DNA from: Rotaria socialis
Taxonomy: Eukaryota
Direction: 5' to 3'
Length of the DNA: 64,000 nt
Assembly: GCA_905331295.1 (NCBI GenBank)
Contig: CAJNYD010000033.1
Span: 186,001-250,000, forward strand
Both the position numbers and the translations under genes were made by a program. Under the pieces are notes generated by a model. The model was not told where the DNA came from and ran no database searches. It saw only the letters and a list, made by a program, of their open reading frames with translations. This document shows, one piece after another, positions 40,336 through 53,403 of the stretch (the first letter of the stretch is position 1; each line of letters opens with the position of its first letter).

Positions 40336-40908
40336 ATGTGCCTAGACGATGGTTGTGATGATCTTCTCTGCTGTCTGTGCGTGCCATTAGCTGCTCTCTG
40401 CTGTTGTATGTATTCTAAAATGTGAAAACAGAACACAAAAATCTTCTTTTCTTTTTTCTTTTAGGCAAGTGCTGTGTAAATATTTTCAATTGCTGTTTAT
40501 TTTTGACAAAAACTTTTAATTTTTCTAGAAGGATATGATGGGCTCAAATTCGGGTAATAATCAAGCACCAACCGCTGTGTATGTCCTTTTTTTACATGAC
40601 TGATAACAAATCTCTATTGCTTTTAATTTTCATTCAGTTATTATCAACAACCAGCTGGATATGTTCCAACAGGAGGAGTTTATGGACCACAAGGTTATGG
40701 TCCACCTCCTCAAAACCAACCAGTATATTATCCGGGAGGTGCTCAACCTTATTATCCGCCTCCAAATCAGCAACCAGGTTATCCACCACCAAATCAACAA
40801 CCAGGCTATCCACCATACAACCAAGGAAACTATTATCCACCACAACCAGGATATGGTGGCGGTGCACCACCCCCTTACATTAACCAACAACCGAACCCTT
40901 ACAAGTAA
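40336..40908 (+). CDS. Small protein with an N-terminal Cys-rich hydrophobic segment and a Pro/Gly/Tyr/Gln-rich tail; 4 exons
   Basis: MCLDDGCDDLLCCLCVPLAALCC|CKCC|KDMMGSNSGNNQAPTAV|YYQQPAGY...PPPNQQPGYPPPNQQPGYPP...NPYK*; all junctions are GT-AG and in frame, including an 11-nt micro-exon at 40465-40475. Confidence 0.72.
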
Positions 40909-41108
40909 AAATAAAACTAAAACGAATTCGTTGCAATGAATATATGAATGAACAGATACAAATATTTATTCTTATTTTTTCGTTTATGGTTCACTTTTAT
41001 GTACTATATTATATACACTTCACGAATGAAAATAAATACTCAACGAATGCTTTAATTTGTTTTATTTTAACTCTTTCTGTTTTTTCATTGGTTATACAAA
41101 AGGAAAAA

Positions 41109-41606
41109 TTATGAATATGAATAGTTATAGGTTTGTGTTGGTTGTTGCTGTTGTATTGAATAATTCAATGAGCTATCTGTATTCATCATCCATGGTATTG
41201 GTTGAATAGATAAAGTATCAGCTCGTTTAGCTCGAAGACGAGCTTGTCGTCGTCGAAAATCCCCACGAATAAATGCATCGAGTGCAGCTGGATGTATACC
41301 CCAATAGTAACCACGACCATTTTCAGATTTTTGTTGTCGAATAAAGCATTCATTTAGTGATAAATTATGTCTGATAGAATTTCTCCATGCTTTACTTTGT
41401 AATGTTCCATAATAGGGATATTCATTTAAAATCCATTCGTATATGTCGACAAGTAACATTTGATAATTCGACGAAGATAGTATAGCACGAGCAATAAGTG
41501 CAACATAAGATTCTTGAGGTTTAGTTAATGATTTAACTGTTTTATGAGAACAGAAATCTTGACTTGATGGACTTGGACTAAAATAACCGCTGTCTTGTGG
41601 ATTCAT
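41109..41606 (-). CDS. Forkhead-box transcription factor, FoxQ2-like, single coding exon
   Basis: KPQESYVALIARAILSS...WRNSIRHNLSLNECF...NGRGYYWGIHPA...GDFRRR; the IHPA/GDFRRR ending is typical of FoxQ2. Confidence 0.85.
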   Translation of the reverse strand: MNPQDSGYFSPSPSSQDFCSHKTVKSLTKPQESYVALIARAILSSSNYQMLLVDIYEWILNEYPYYGTLQSKAWRNSIRHNLSLNECFIRQQKSENGRGYYWGIHPAALDAFIRGDFRRRQARLRAKRADTLSIQPIPWMMNTDSSLNYSIQQQQPTQTYNYSYS

Positions 41607-41939
41607 TACTCTATGAAAAGAAAACGTTTGAAATAATGTGTGAATCGATATCTTCTTATTTTACCTTGAAATAATAATAATAAAAATGTATTGTATTTCA
41701 CTCTTTTTAATCGTTCATATATAGATTCTCTCTTTCTCTCTTCTGGGATGAATGATGATGATGAATTGTACAAAATTGATTAATGATATCGCTCGATAGG
41801 TAACAGTTTGTATAAGAATTTATGTTGTTCTCGCTTATTACAAATATGAATTGTCGGTAGGGGGTAAGGTGTTATCGACATGCTGATCAATGATCAGCTC
41901 ATATATGATCACTTCCAAGCTGCCGTGTGATTTTTTCTT

Positions 41940-41940
<1 letters not shown>

Positions 41941-41963
<23 letters not shown>
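41941..41963. repeat. (CT)n microsatellite upstream of the AKR start
   Basis: ctctctctctctctctctctct, read directly. Confidence 0.9.
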
Positions 41964-41970
<7 letters not shown>

Positions 41971-42004
41971 TTTAAACATCGGTTTAGATTTTTCTTTATT
42001 CTAG

Positions 42005-43146
42005 ATGGCTTCAAGGTTGATTGCTACAAGTCTTACATCAACAGTTAAACTTAATGATGGTGTAATTATGCCCTTATTTGGACTTGGAGTTTATCAAGTT
42101 GATAATAATTGTATGCGAGATTAATTTTTAAGATTAGAAAATTTGACTTGGAATTTTTTTTTTCAAGGTCCAGATGTAGTTGCTGCAGCTATTAATCAAG
42201 GTTATCAATTAATTGATACAGCTGAATTCTATGCAAATGAAGATGGTGTTGGTAATGGAATAAAACAAAGTGGAATAAAACGTGAAGATATTTTTATCGT
42301 TTCAAAATGGTGGCCATCGTCTGAAGGAGCGAAAGGTGTAATCAAAACTCTTGATACCTGTTTACAAAGGTTTCTTAGAAAACAATCTTTTAGTGTATTT
42401 TTTTCTAAAATATTCTTTGTAGTCTTCAGTCGAGCTATGTTGATTTATATCTTCTTCATGCACCACAAGGTCGCCATTGTGCTGAAGCTTATCGAGCATT
42501 AATTGAAGCAAAAAAGCAAGGAAAGATAAGGTAAGAATAGTTTAATGAGTCATTAGCTTTTCGATTATTTTCAAATATGATAGATCTTTAGGCGTTTCGA
42601 ATTTTGGTGTAGTCCATTTAAAAGCTTTGGCTAAATTAGGTCTTGAGAAACCATCAGTTAATCAAATTGAACTTCATCCATGGCAACAGAAAGAAGATAT
42701 TGTTAATTATTGTCGTGAACATAATATTGTTGTAATGGGCTATTCGCCGTTGGCCAAAGGTCAAAAAATTCAAGATAAAACTATCGGTGGTATTGCAAAC
42801 AAGTAGAATTACTCCTTTAAAAAAAGCATAAGCATAGGAATTATGTATGAAATTTTATTTTAGACTATCAAAAACTCCTGCACAAGTATTAATTCGTTGG
42901 TCTGTTCAACATGGATTTATAACGATTCCTAAGACATCGCAAAAGTCAAGACTTCAATCAAACGCAGATGTATTTGACTGGTCAATTCCCGATGAAGATA
43001 TGAAAGTATTGGTAAGAGAATAAAATTAATCTTATTCTCTATTGATTTAAAGGTGTATATATATATAGGATGCACTTGGTAATACTCCGTGGTCATGTAC
43101 ATGGGATCCAACACATAATAGTTTAAAAGAAGCTGGTCTCGAATGA
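42005..43146 (+). CDS. Aldo-keto reductase (AKR5-like, 2,5-DKG/glyoxal reductase type), 6 exons
   Basis: MPLFGLGVYQ, IDTAEFYANE, IFIVSKWW, DLYLLHAP (D-Y-K-H tetrad intact), SLGVSNF, NQIELHPW, YSPLAKG, IPKTS; stop at 43144-43146. Confidence 0.9.
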
Positions 43147-43898
43147 TTTAAAGCAATCAATGGTTGTGCTTTCTTTTCAAATCATTAAACATTGTATTTT
43201 CTTTTCTTTTGAACTAAAGATTGCAGTGGATTGACAGTGTTTTAATTAAAAATCTAATAGTTTAAATTATTCAATCAGAGATGAATTTATTTTGATAACA
43301 TTGCGTAAGATGCTCTTTTCATTTACAAGGCCAAAAATAAGTTACATCATACTAAAGGTCTTATCTTTTTTTCTTTGTATTCTAATAGTACGCTAAAAGG
43401 GACTTCAGTGAAAGTAACATATTGTTGTTAATATCAACCGGATGCTTCAATGAATTTAGATCAAAGTAATATAATAGAAAAAGTGTCCTATATAGAAAGA
43501 TTAGCATGGTGCTCTCTCTTCAAGATTGATTTTATATCAATTACTTAAGCTCGTTTTCATGATTTTTAGTGATTCATGTAATAGCTTTCAACATACAATG
43601 AGACTTAGAATCACTATCGAAACCTAACTTTTTTAGTCGCAATTTTAAGATAAGAACAAAAAAGCTTTACGCTTATTCGAGGTGTGCGAAGTTTAAAAAT
43701 ATGACAATGAGCCGATATCAATAATTACATTTCAACCAATTGAAATAAATGTAAAGCGCGCCAAATGTTTAGTAGATTCCTACAATACAATAAGATATTT
43801 ATTTTAAGGAAACTTATCTGTTTGTTGACGCAGGTGATGTTCTTTGCTATTCCAATGCATATAAAGACAAAAATTTTGTATAAAAAACTATTATTAAA

Positions 43899-46376
43899 AT
43901 GGGTAGTTCTAAGCATAATTATTCCATTGATCAATGCGACCATAACAATGAAGAAAATGATGTTCATAGCACTAATTGGTGTAACAAATTCAATCAAATA
44001 TGGGAACGTAGCGATTATCTTTTTGGTTTATTACGCTCATCCGATGATTTTTATCGGCAACCGATTAAATTAAGATTGCCCTTGTTATTTTATCTTGGTC
44101 ATTTACCGTGTTTTACTTGGGCACAACTGCAACATTTAGATGGTGTGAATAAAATTATTGATGCTTTATTCGATAAACTTTTTCAACGTGGCGTTGATCC
44201 AAATGTGCTAACAGGTGTTGTGAATCATGGACATTCAAGTAGATTTTCAATTAATGATGAAATAGAGAAAGAATATTGGCGAAGTTTTAGCGTTCAAAGT
44301 GTCGAGGAGTATAAAATCAAAGTACGTTCTGAAATTAAGAATGTTCTCATGAATGGTGATCTTAAATTTGATGACTTGAATGCTTTAAATGTATTGAATA
44401 TTGCTGTAGAACATGAAATGATGCATCAAGAAACATTAATATATTTATTTGCTCAATTACCGATTGAAGCATTTCGATCGGATATCAGCAATGAGAAAGA
44501 TCTTCGACGACTTTGTGATGTTACGTCACCTTTACCAGAAAATCTTTGGATACCATTGCCAGGAGGACAATTATCATTGGGAAAACCATACAGTGAACAA
44601 TTAGCAACATATTCATTTGGTTGGGATAATGAATTTCCTAGTGAACCAACATATGTTCCAAATTTCGAACTACAATCACATCCAGTTCGTATCGGTGATT
44701 TTCTTCAATTTGTCTTAGATAATGGCTATACAACAAAACAATGGTGGGATGACGATGCTTTTGAATGGATTACTGAAACAAAACTATCTCATCCAACATC
44801 ATGGAGTTATGATAATTCGTATCGTGTAAATTTCGTATTACAACGTGATATACCTATTGAAATTGTGCTTGATCATCCTGTTATTGTTAGTCAAATTGAA
44901 GCCAAAGCTTATTGTCGATGGTTATCAAATAAGACTGGTTCGGAAATTGATTTACCAACTGAAATCGAATGGGTTTATGCTATGTGGGATTGGTCAAAAT
45001 GCATACCTTTGGCTTTAGCGAGTGGTACTCATAATGCTAATTTTCGTCATTTACATACAGCACCCATAAATGAGGGAACGAATAAAAGTTTACAATGGCA
45101 AGGATCGGCATTTGAATGGACTTCAAGTATATTTCGACCATTTACAGACTATCGTGGAAGTCTTCCTACTTATCCGGGTTATTCTGCAGATTTTTTTGAT
45201 GACAGTCATTTTGTACTATTGGGTGGTTCGTTTGCTACTGATTTAAAATTAATTCGACGAACATTTCGTAATTGGTATCAAGATAAATATCGATATGTAT
45301 TTGCAACATTCAGATGTGTTAAACGAAATGCACATACTGATCATCCCTTAACAACAGCTGATCATGAAAAAATTGTTAGATTATTAAGTAATTCAAATCA
45401 TCGTACAATTCCATCGGAATATTTCTACGATGCACAAGGTTCAGCTATTTATGAACAAATAACTTCACTGGATGAATATTATCTCTATAATCAAGAATTA
45501 AAATTGTTAGGAAAACGAGCTGATGATATCAGATCGACAATTCTTCAACATTCGAATATTCACAATCGTTCATCACCGTCTAATATTCATATTATTGAAC
45601 TTGGTTGTGGTGATGGTAGTAAAGTTGAAACATGGTTATCACCATGGATAAAATCAAAGGAAAATATTTCGGTTATTTATCATCCTGTTGATATATCAGA
45701 ACATGCCATTGATTCGCTTGTTCAACGGTTACAAAAAACAATGGGCGAAGATATTATTAAAGAACATGTCAATCCTATATGTTCAACATTTGATAAGATG
45801 TATACACATCTTAACAGCAACGAAATGGAAGTACAAGTTGTTATGTTACTCGGCAGTACTATTGGTAATTTCGCTTCGTATGATTCCAATCATATTAAAT
45901 TTGGCGAAAGTTCACCTGCTATGAAACTAGTTCGTTCGGTTCGATCGAATTTGAAAATTGGAGATTGGTTTATTTGTGCATTTGACCTCTGCAAGGCTAC
46001 AAAAACAATGATTCAAGCATATAACGATCCGAAAGGTATTACTGCAGCGTTCAATTATAATCTCTTAATTCGCCTCAATCGTGAATTAAACTTTAATTTT
46101 AAAATCACAAATTTTCTACATTATGCAACATTTAATCCTCTATTACAACAAATGGAAAGTTGGTTGATTAGTACAAAACAACAAACAGTTAGTGATCAGA
46201 ATGGTTTTTCATTGGAATTACAAGCTTATGAAGCCATACAAGTTGAAGTATCTGCAAAATATACTCCTCACGATATTCAAACATTGATAAGTAATAATTC
46301 TTTTAAAATTATCGAATGCTATACAACAGATGATCATTATTTGCCTTATGCTTTGTGTATGGCACAAGCAGTCTAA
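43899..46376 (+). CDS. Intronless ergothioneine-biosynthesis fusion: N-terminal EgtB/Egt1-type Fe(II) sulfoxide synthase (DinB_2 + FGE-like) plus C-terminal EgtD-type histidine N-methyltransferase (Methyltransf_33)
   Basis: 825-aa ORF. EgtB half: RLPLLFYLGHLP, FQRGVDP, EHEMMHQETL, FGWDNE, YPGYSADFFD, LGGSFAT, FRNWYQ. EgtD half: IPSEYFYDAQGSAIYEQITSLDEYY, IIELGCGDGSK, YHPVDIS, LGSTIGNF, AYNDPKGITAAFNYNLLIRLNREL, EVSAKY. Confidence 0.88.
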   Translation: MGSSKHNYSIDQCDHNNEENDVHSTNWCNKFNQIWERSDYLFGLLRSSDDFYRQPIKLRLPLLFYLGHLPCFTWAQLQHLDGVNKIIDALFDKLFQRGVDPNVLTGVVNHGHSSRFSINDEIEKEYWRSFSVQSVEEYKIKVRSEIKNVLMNGDLKFDDLNALNVLNIAVEHEMMHQETLIYLFAQLPIEAFRSDISNEKDLRRLCDVTSPLPENLWIPLPGGQLSLGKPYSEQLATYSFGWDNEFPSEPTYVPNFELQSHPVRIGDFLQFVLDNGYTTKQWWDDDAFEWITETKLSHPTSWSYDNSYRVNFVLQRDIPIEIVLDHPVIVSQIEAKAYCRWLSNKTGSEIDLPTEIEWVYAMWDWSKCIPLALASGTHNANFRHLHTAPINEGTNKSLQWQGSAFEWTSSIFRPFTDYRGSLPTYPGYSADFFDDSHFVLLGGSFATDLKLIRRTFRNWYQDKYRYVFATFRCVKRNAHTDHPLTTADHEKIVRLLSNSNHRTIPSEYFYDAQGSAIYEQITSLDEYYLYNQELKLLGKRADDIRSTILQHSNIHNRSSPSNIHIIELGCGDGSKVETWLSPWIKSKENISVIYHPVDISEHAIDSLVQRLQKTMGEDIIKEHVNPICSTFDKMYTHLNSNEMEVQVVMLLGSTIGNFASYDSNHIKFGESSPAMKLVRSVRSNLKIGDWFICAFDLCKATKTMIQAYNDPKGITAAFNYNLLIRLNRELNFNFKITNFLHYATFNPLLQQMESWLISTKQQTVSDQNGFSLELQAYEAIQVEVSAKYTPHDIQTLISNNSFKIIECYTTDDHYLPYALCMAQAV

Positions 46377-48600
46377 CAGCTCAAATCTATCTCTACATTT
46401 TTATTAGCTTTTTTAGTTTTGCTGCTTTAATCATATTTTATTGTTTTGTTGTTTATTTTCTTGGCAATTTTGTGTTTATAATAGAATTAAAATAAAGATA
46501 ATTGACTTTGTTTTATTGTTTCTCTTTTGAACTTAAATAAATAATCATGGTAGACATAAAATAACGTGAATAAAATTATTGCTAGAAAGAAAATCTAGAA
46601 TTATTTACTCTCAGAGGACATATCAATAATAGAGTTATCACGATAATGAAATCTTGTTTTCAAATCCGACGCGATGAAAATTTACTTTATAAGACACAAA
46701 ATATAGTTTACAAATCTTCAATCTGATACAATTGGGGACACATACGTCTGCTCTCCCAGTGAGTATTAGCAATTTGTATTTTCATTATAATGATTTTTCT
46801 GTATGGTTTTACATTCATTTTCATCATGTTGAAGAAAGGATTGATGCAACATTAGATAATATTGTCTTACGCCTATAACTGAGATTTTGAGTGCAAATAC
46901 TGGAATATAGTCGCCATTCTTCGTATACGTCAAATCCACGTTCAACTCTCAATATCACTAAATTAAGATGATTGGAAAGAAAAATGCTTGTGTTCAATGT
47001 TGTGTGTCATCTTATGAAAAGACAGTCGTTCATCTTTGAATAACTATTTTCAATTTGTTTATATGAAGAAATCAAATTAAGATTATTTGGTAATTTCAAG
47101 ATCATCAAAACGATGACATCATTTTGTACTAATAGGATGACAAGTATTTTAATATTCATAATCGAAGAGATGTAAATAACATTTTCTACGCGAAAACTAT
47201 GAATGGGCAAATGTAATCTTGTATTTTAATTATTTAATACTTACAGCGTAGCTAAAACTTTAGTGAGGTTAAATGATTTTATTTTCATTCTTATTTTACT
47301 AAAACAAAGTATTAACTATATTTTTTTTTGATTATTCCGTACATACGATCCAAATCAACGAATGTTCTTGCTATTATTTTCTGTCGTTAGCGTTGAATAT
47401 TACTGACGGAAAGAACGTATTTTTGCTCTACGTGATATTGTCGTTCTTTGACGCTTTGTTGGAAATAGTTTTTTGGACCTTTATTCAATTTTTCTAATGT
47501 ACTCTGCTCTTGATTTTATGTAAGTACTCGTGTTACAGAAAAAGCAAGGGAGAACAGTACAGATGCTCGTTGCAGGCAAATAATCTTTAACGTAATCTCC
47601 AATATTTGCGTTTCACAAGCTCAAATATTGTAATAAGATATCGCGCTTTTGCTCTTTTATGCGGTGCAATCTATCTTTAAACTATTTCTTTTCGTGTAAT
47701 TTTGAGTGAATAGCTAAAGAAATAAGACTAAAAACAAAGATATTTCTGTTTATATTCATATTATATGAAAACCATATTTGAATATGCATGTATTCGTAAT
47801 GAGACGAAACTTTTTCAAGCATGATTCATGAAAAAATGACTCAATTGAATTATTTCAACATCATCTTCTAACATGTACATTGTTAGGAAAGGCTTGAAAC
47901 TTTAAAAACTCTTGAAAATGTTTTACAAAAATCATTAAAACATCACTTAGCACGTACATAAATGGAAAACTGGTTTTTCGATTTTTCTGTAGAGAAGATA
48001 AAAAGAGTATTTAGATAAGTGAGTGCAACTTTGTCAGCTTTGCAACGACCGTGAATAGGTATGACTGCCAATGATAGTGAAGAAAGAAAGAAAAAATACT
48101 GATACTCATCACATCTGCGTATCGTCAGATCCTATTGGCACAAATTAGCTACTCAGAAAACACTATTTTTTCGCTATGTATTGGTTTATGTGACTTTTCC
48201 GATGTTAACAAGTCCAAATTATACTTTGAATTTTCGTATTCATTTGATGGCTTCAGGATTTTGGTTTTATGTGTTATTTAGAAAAGCAGCCCAGAATCGC
48301 TTTTCATTTTTCTGTAGCAACGAGCAGTATAGCTACAGCAGTAGTTTCTGTACTGGCTAACTGATAAAAATCACTGAATTCTAGTACATCCATTCTATAT
48401 CCGAACTGAATTTCTGTCAACTTCATAGAATATTAAAAAGAATTTACTTTTCAAAACGATAGTTGAGTCTTTATTATAGTTTGTTCTTTGTTTGAAGAAA
48501 AAGTTATCAAATAAACACTGTTATTTACATGAAATGTATATGTATATATCTATTTACAGAAAATAAAACTGACGCGACTAGTGAATGAATGGTCTCTTGT

Positions 48601-50605
48601 TTATTGACACTCTGGTCGATATTGAATGTATTGATTGAGACGATATGGAAGTTCACGTGTAATATCTTCAATTTTACCATTTACTTGATTTAGATAATGA
48701 TTTATTAGACGACGACAAATTGATTTTAAATTTAGTTCATTCGGTAATACAACGATTGAAACCTGTAATTCTCTTCCATCATTATTTTTTGTTGTACAAA
48801 ATGCCATTCGTGATGATGAAACGGAAAAAATTGGCGTCAAATAATTTCTACACATATGCCACGGACATACATGCGATATATGTTGCGTATATATACGATG
48901 AAGTCGTTGGAGACTATTTGATTGATATACATCAAAATAACTGATAGGTAATGTTTGTCCACAATGGCAATGATTATCCGCAAATGTTAATATTGTATAC
49001 ACACTATCACGTGTGTATAAAATTGATAAAAGTTGAAAACCATTATCAATTTGAATACTTTGATTTTTACATACTGACCATGAATGTACATTCATTAAAT
49101 ACAAATATGATCCAGCCAATTGTTGACGTAATTGAATAGCCTGAATTTGTACTTTATTTGAGCCACCGGGTGTCAATGCTGTTGTATTATAATTGATGAG
49201 AGTTGTTTCTGTTTCAGTTGAATAAGTATAAAGAATTAAACAGGATGACCAATAGTTTGGACAAAATTGAAACAATGCTTTGACATCAATTGGAACGATT
49301 CGACGATATAGTTTAGCTTCTTTTCTCACAACTAGACAGAGAAAAAAAGCAGATTTTGAATATTCGATGTCTATTAAGCATTGAAGACTAAAACAAGTTT
49401 TTGTCTTATTTTTTTCACTTCTGTGAGTTTGAAATTGAGAATCAAAAAAATGTTATCATAACGAAATAGGTCAAGGATAAAACGTTGTAATCTTTCTCTA
49501 TGGAGACTTTCCGAAAAATTTCTAATTCAGATAATGAATTTCAACAATTCTATGCTAACGTCGACAAGTGTTGTTGTATTTAATATTAATTTATTATATT
49601 CGATGCTAACATCGAAGCACAATAAGTTGAGTTTTTTGTATTTCAGTACTCTAATCTTAAAAAAGCATAACATTTTTCTATGAGCTAAAAATAATTTTAT
49701 AATGAGTATTTCTTGAACTAATAATTAGTTAATAAACAAAATCAGTTTCATTTCAAATTATATCTTTTATATGGCTGTCACGTATCTCTACCTACATATT
49801 TGTTAATCTAACCAATAGCTATTTCATCTATGTAATTATCAGGATAAATTTCTGTTCGAATGAAAAATCCTTTTTTTTAATACTTTTATAAAAATCCAAT
49901 GCAGCTCTTCCTCCAACCATCGGTACACGTATAATAACTTGTGTTTTATCCATAGACCAAGCAGCGTGAACTTTTTTCGCATCAACTAAACCATTATAAT
50001 CGTCGCCTAATGCGCAAACATAACGATTTAATTTTAAATCAACAATAATAAATTTTGTTTTTTCCAAAACAACTGAATAAATTAATAGCATAATCGTATC
50101 ACTATGATCTAAGCCAGACATTGAACAACCATTAATAAGCCCATGTACAGAATAATTCTGCAATGAACTAATCATTGCTGGTATATGATTATATTCAAAA
50201 TGTTCACGTAATTTTTTAATTTTTGTTGATTGAAAATTTTTCGACGACGATCGATATGCACCATGATAAAGTTTATGTGATAAAGATTCTGAACAAAAAC
50301 CAGGTGCACACACACTGTGCAGTTCGGAAGTACAAATAAATTTATGTCGAGGAAAACCAAATGATTCTATAAAAGACATTGATACCAATTCTATTTTCAA
50401 TTTAGGAAATTTTCATTTTACCAGCAACACCATTCAACCAATCCGAATGTGAACATCGACTAATTTCTTGCCAACCGTTATAATTCATTGTTTTCTTCTT
50501 GATTGAAAATTTATTCTTTATCGATGGTCGCCATGTTGGATTATTATTATTATTTACAGTTGATAATGTTAAATTAGAGTGATCTTTAGAATTATGTATG
50601 CCCAT
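48601..50605 (-). CDS. SOCS-box-containing protein of unknown function, 3 exons
   Basis: In-frame splices ...NGVA|ESFGFP... and ...DFYK|IVRKEAK...; C-terminal LNLKSICRRLINHYL...ELPYRLNQYIQY fits the BC-box/Cul5-box pattern; MGIHNS start fits an N-myristoylation consensus. Confidence 0.7.
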
Positions 50606-51955
50606 ATTAATGTTTGTTTCTGTTTACTGCTTTTGATTAGATTTCTATATTCAAGCTAAAAGAAAGCAAATAAAATGCTATCTTTTAGAATACACTGAAT
50701 AGAATTAAAACACGTATATGATTATTAAGACGACGCAATTAATCGGATGGATACAAACAAAAGAAGCAAAAAGAAGACAGAGCTCATTACTGGGGATTCT
50801 GTTTACCTGAAATATTTGAATAAGAAAAAAGCAATATCTAAGAGAAAACTTTTCTTCATCAAGCAATAGAGCAAAAATACAAAGACCATTTTATGTTGAT
50901 AATTGAATCATTCATTTAGAATCTAAGTCTATCGATCATGATATAACATACAACAAGATAAGTCATCACGTGAAGAGTAATGCGTGTAATTGATTTTATT
51001 ATTTGTATAGTCAATTGATTCTCATCGCATTTTTCCCTACATGCAAATAATCTAGTATGACGATCATTTAGCGTATTACGGTACTTGATCACTAAATCAT
51101 GAAGAAAAATAATGCAATAAATGATTGTTTTCATTTGAATAAAGAGCTCATCATGGTTAACAGACCTCAAATGACGGTTTGACTATATAGAATGTATATA
51201 TTAATGTAGAAATGAGTAGGACTTCACTTCATGCTCCAGACTTTTTCAACAGATAAGAATCCTGTCATTGTAATTTATTGTTTTAGAACTTACACAATAT
51301 TTTAACATGCTCGACTTTTCCTACTGTCGAAATTCTATATAGGAAATAAAAAACGCAAATATATTTTATTTCTATATTTATAGTTTTTACTGACTAACCG
51401 AAAAGCAATGCGACAACGATAAGCCGTATTCATTCAGTTGACGCTCACCTACATACCTTTATCTTTTAAAAAATAGTTCGAGTTCTCTTTCTTTGTCGAG
51501 TATTTCGTTCTTACTATAAATCAATTCAATCGATCATAATACTCTTCTCAGTTTTATTCGTATATAAAAATAGTCATTCCAATGCCGTTTTTCTCTTCGC
51601 AACAGAGATAATATTCCGTTCGAGTCGTTACTATCACCGCCGCCTCCTCTCTTTTTTTTTCTCTCCGTCATTCCATCATCTGACAGATGAATCAACTACT
51701 TCTTTCACTTAATCATATTTTCCTTGTTTCATTTTCTTACAGAACGAGAAAGAATATAGTCGTAATCATCAACATTCGACATTCTTGTTTTTTTCTATTT
51801 TTAGTCTTGCGATGATAAAAGATTAAAGGAAGAAAAAAAGTGAAATATTTCACGAGGTCTGTCTGCTGATCTAAAGTATTCTAGATGATTGTTAGAAAAA
51901 AAATGTAAGGTTATAATAGAAAACAAAAAGACATGTGTTTGCTGAAAACTAAAGG

Positions 51956-53403
<1,448 letters not shown>

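Noticed and set aside
40630..40939. Several overlapping ORFs on both strands
   Set aside because: Alternative frames of the low-complexity Pro/Gln/Tyr exon.
43899..46376. Alternative call as ovothiol synthase OvoA
   Set aside because: The domain order fits OvoA, but the C-terminal domain has EgtD/Methyltransf_33 signatures and the N-half has Egt1-like HEMMHQE and YPGYSADFFD motifs; phylogeny is still needed to exclude it.
46400..48500. Possible C-S lyase or other partner gene downstream of the Egt fusion
   Set aside because: No credible ORF, exon chain or PLP-enzyme motif was found.
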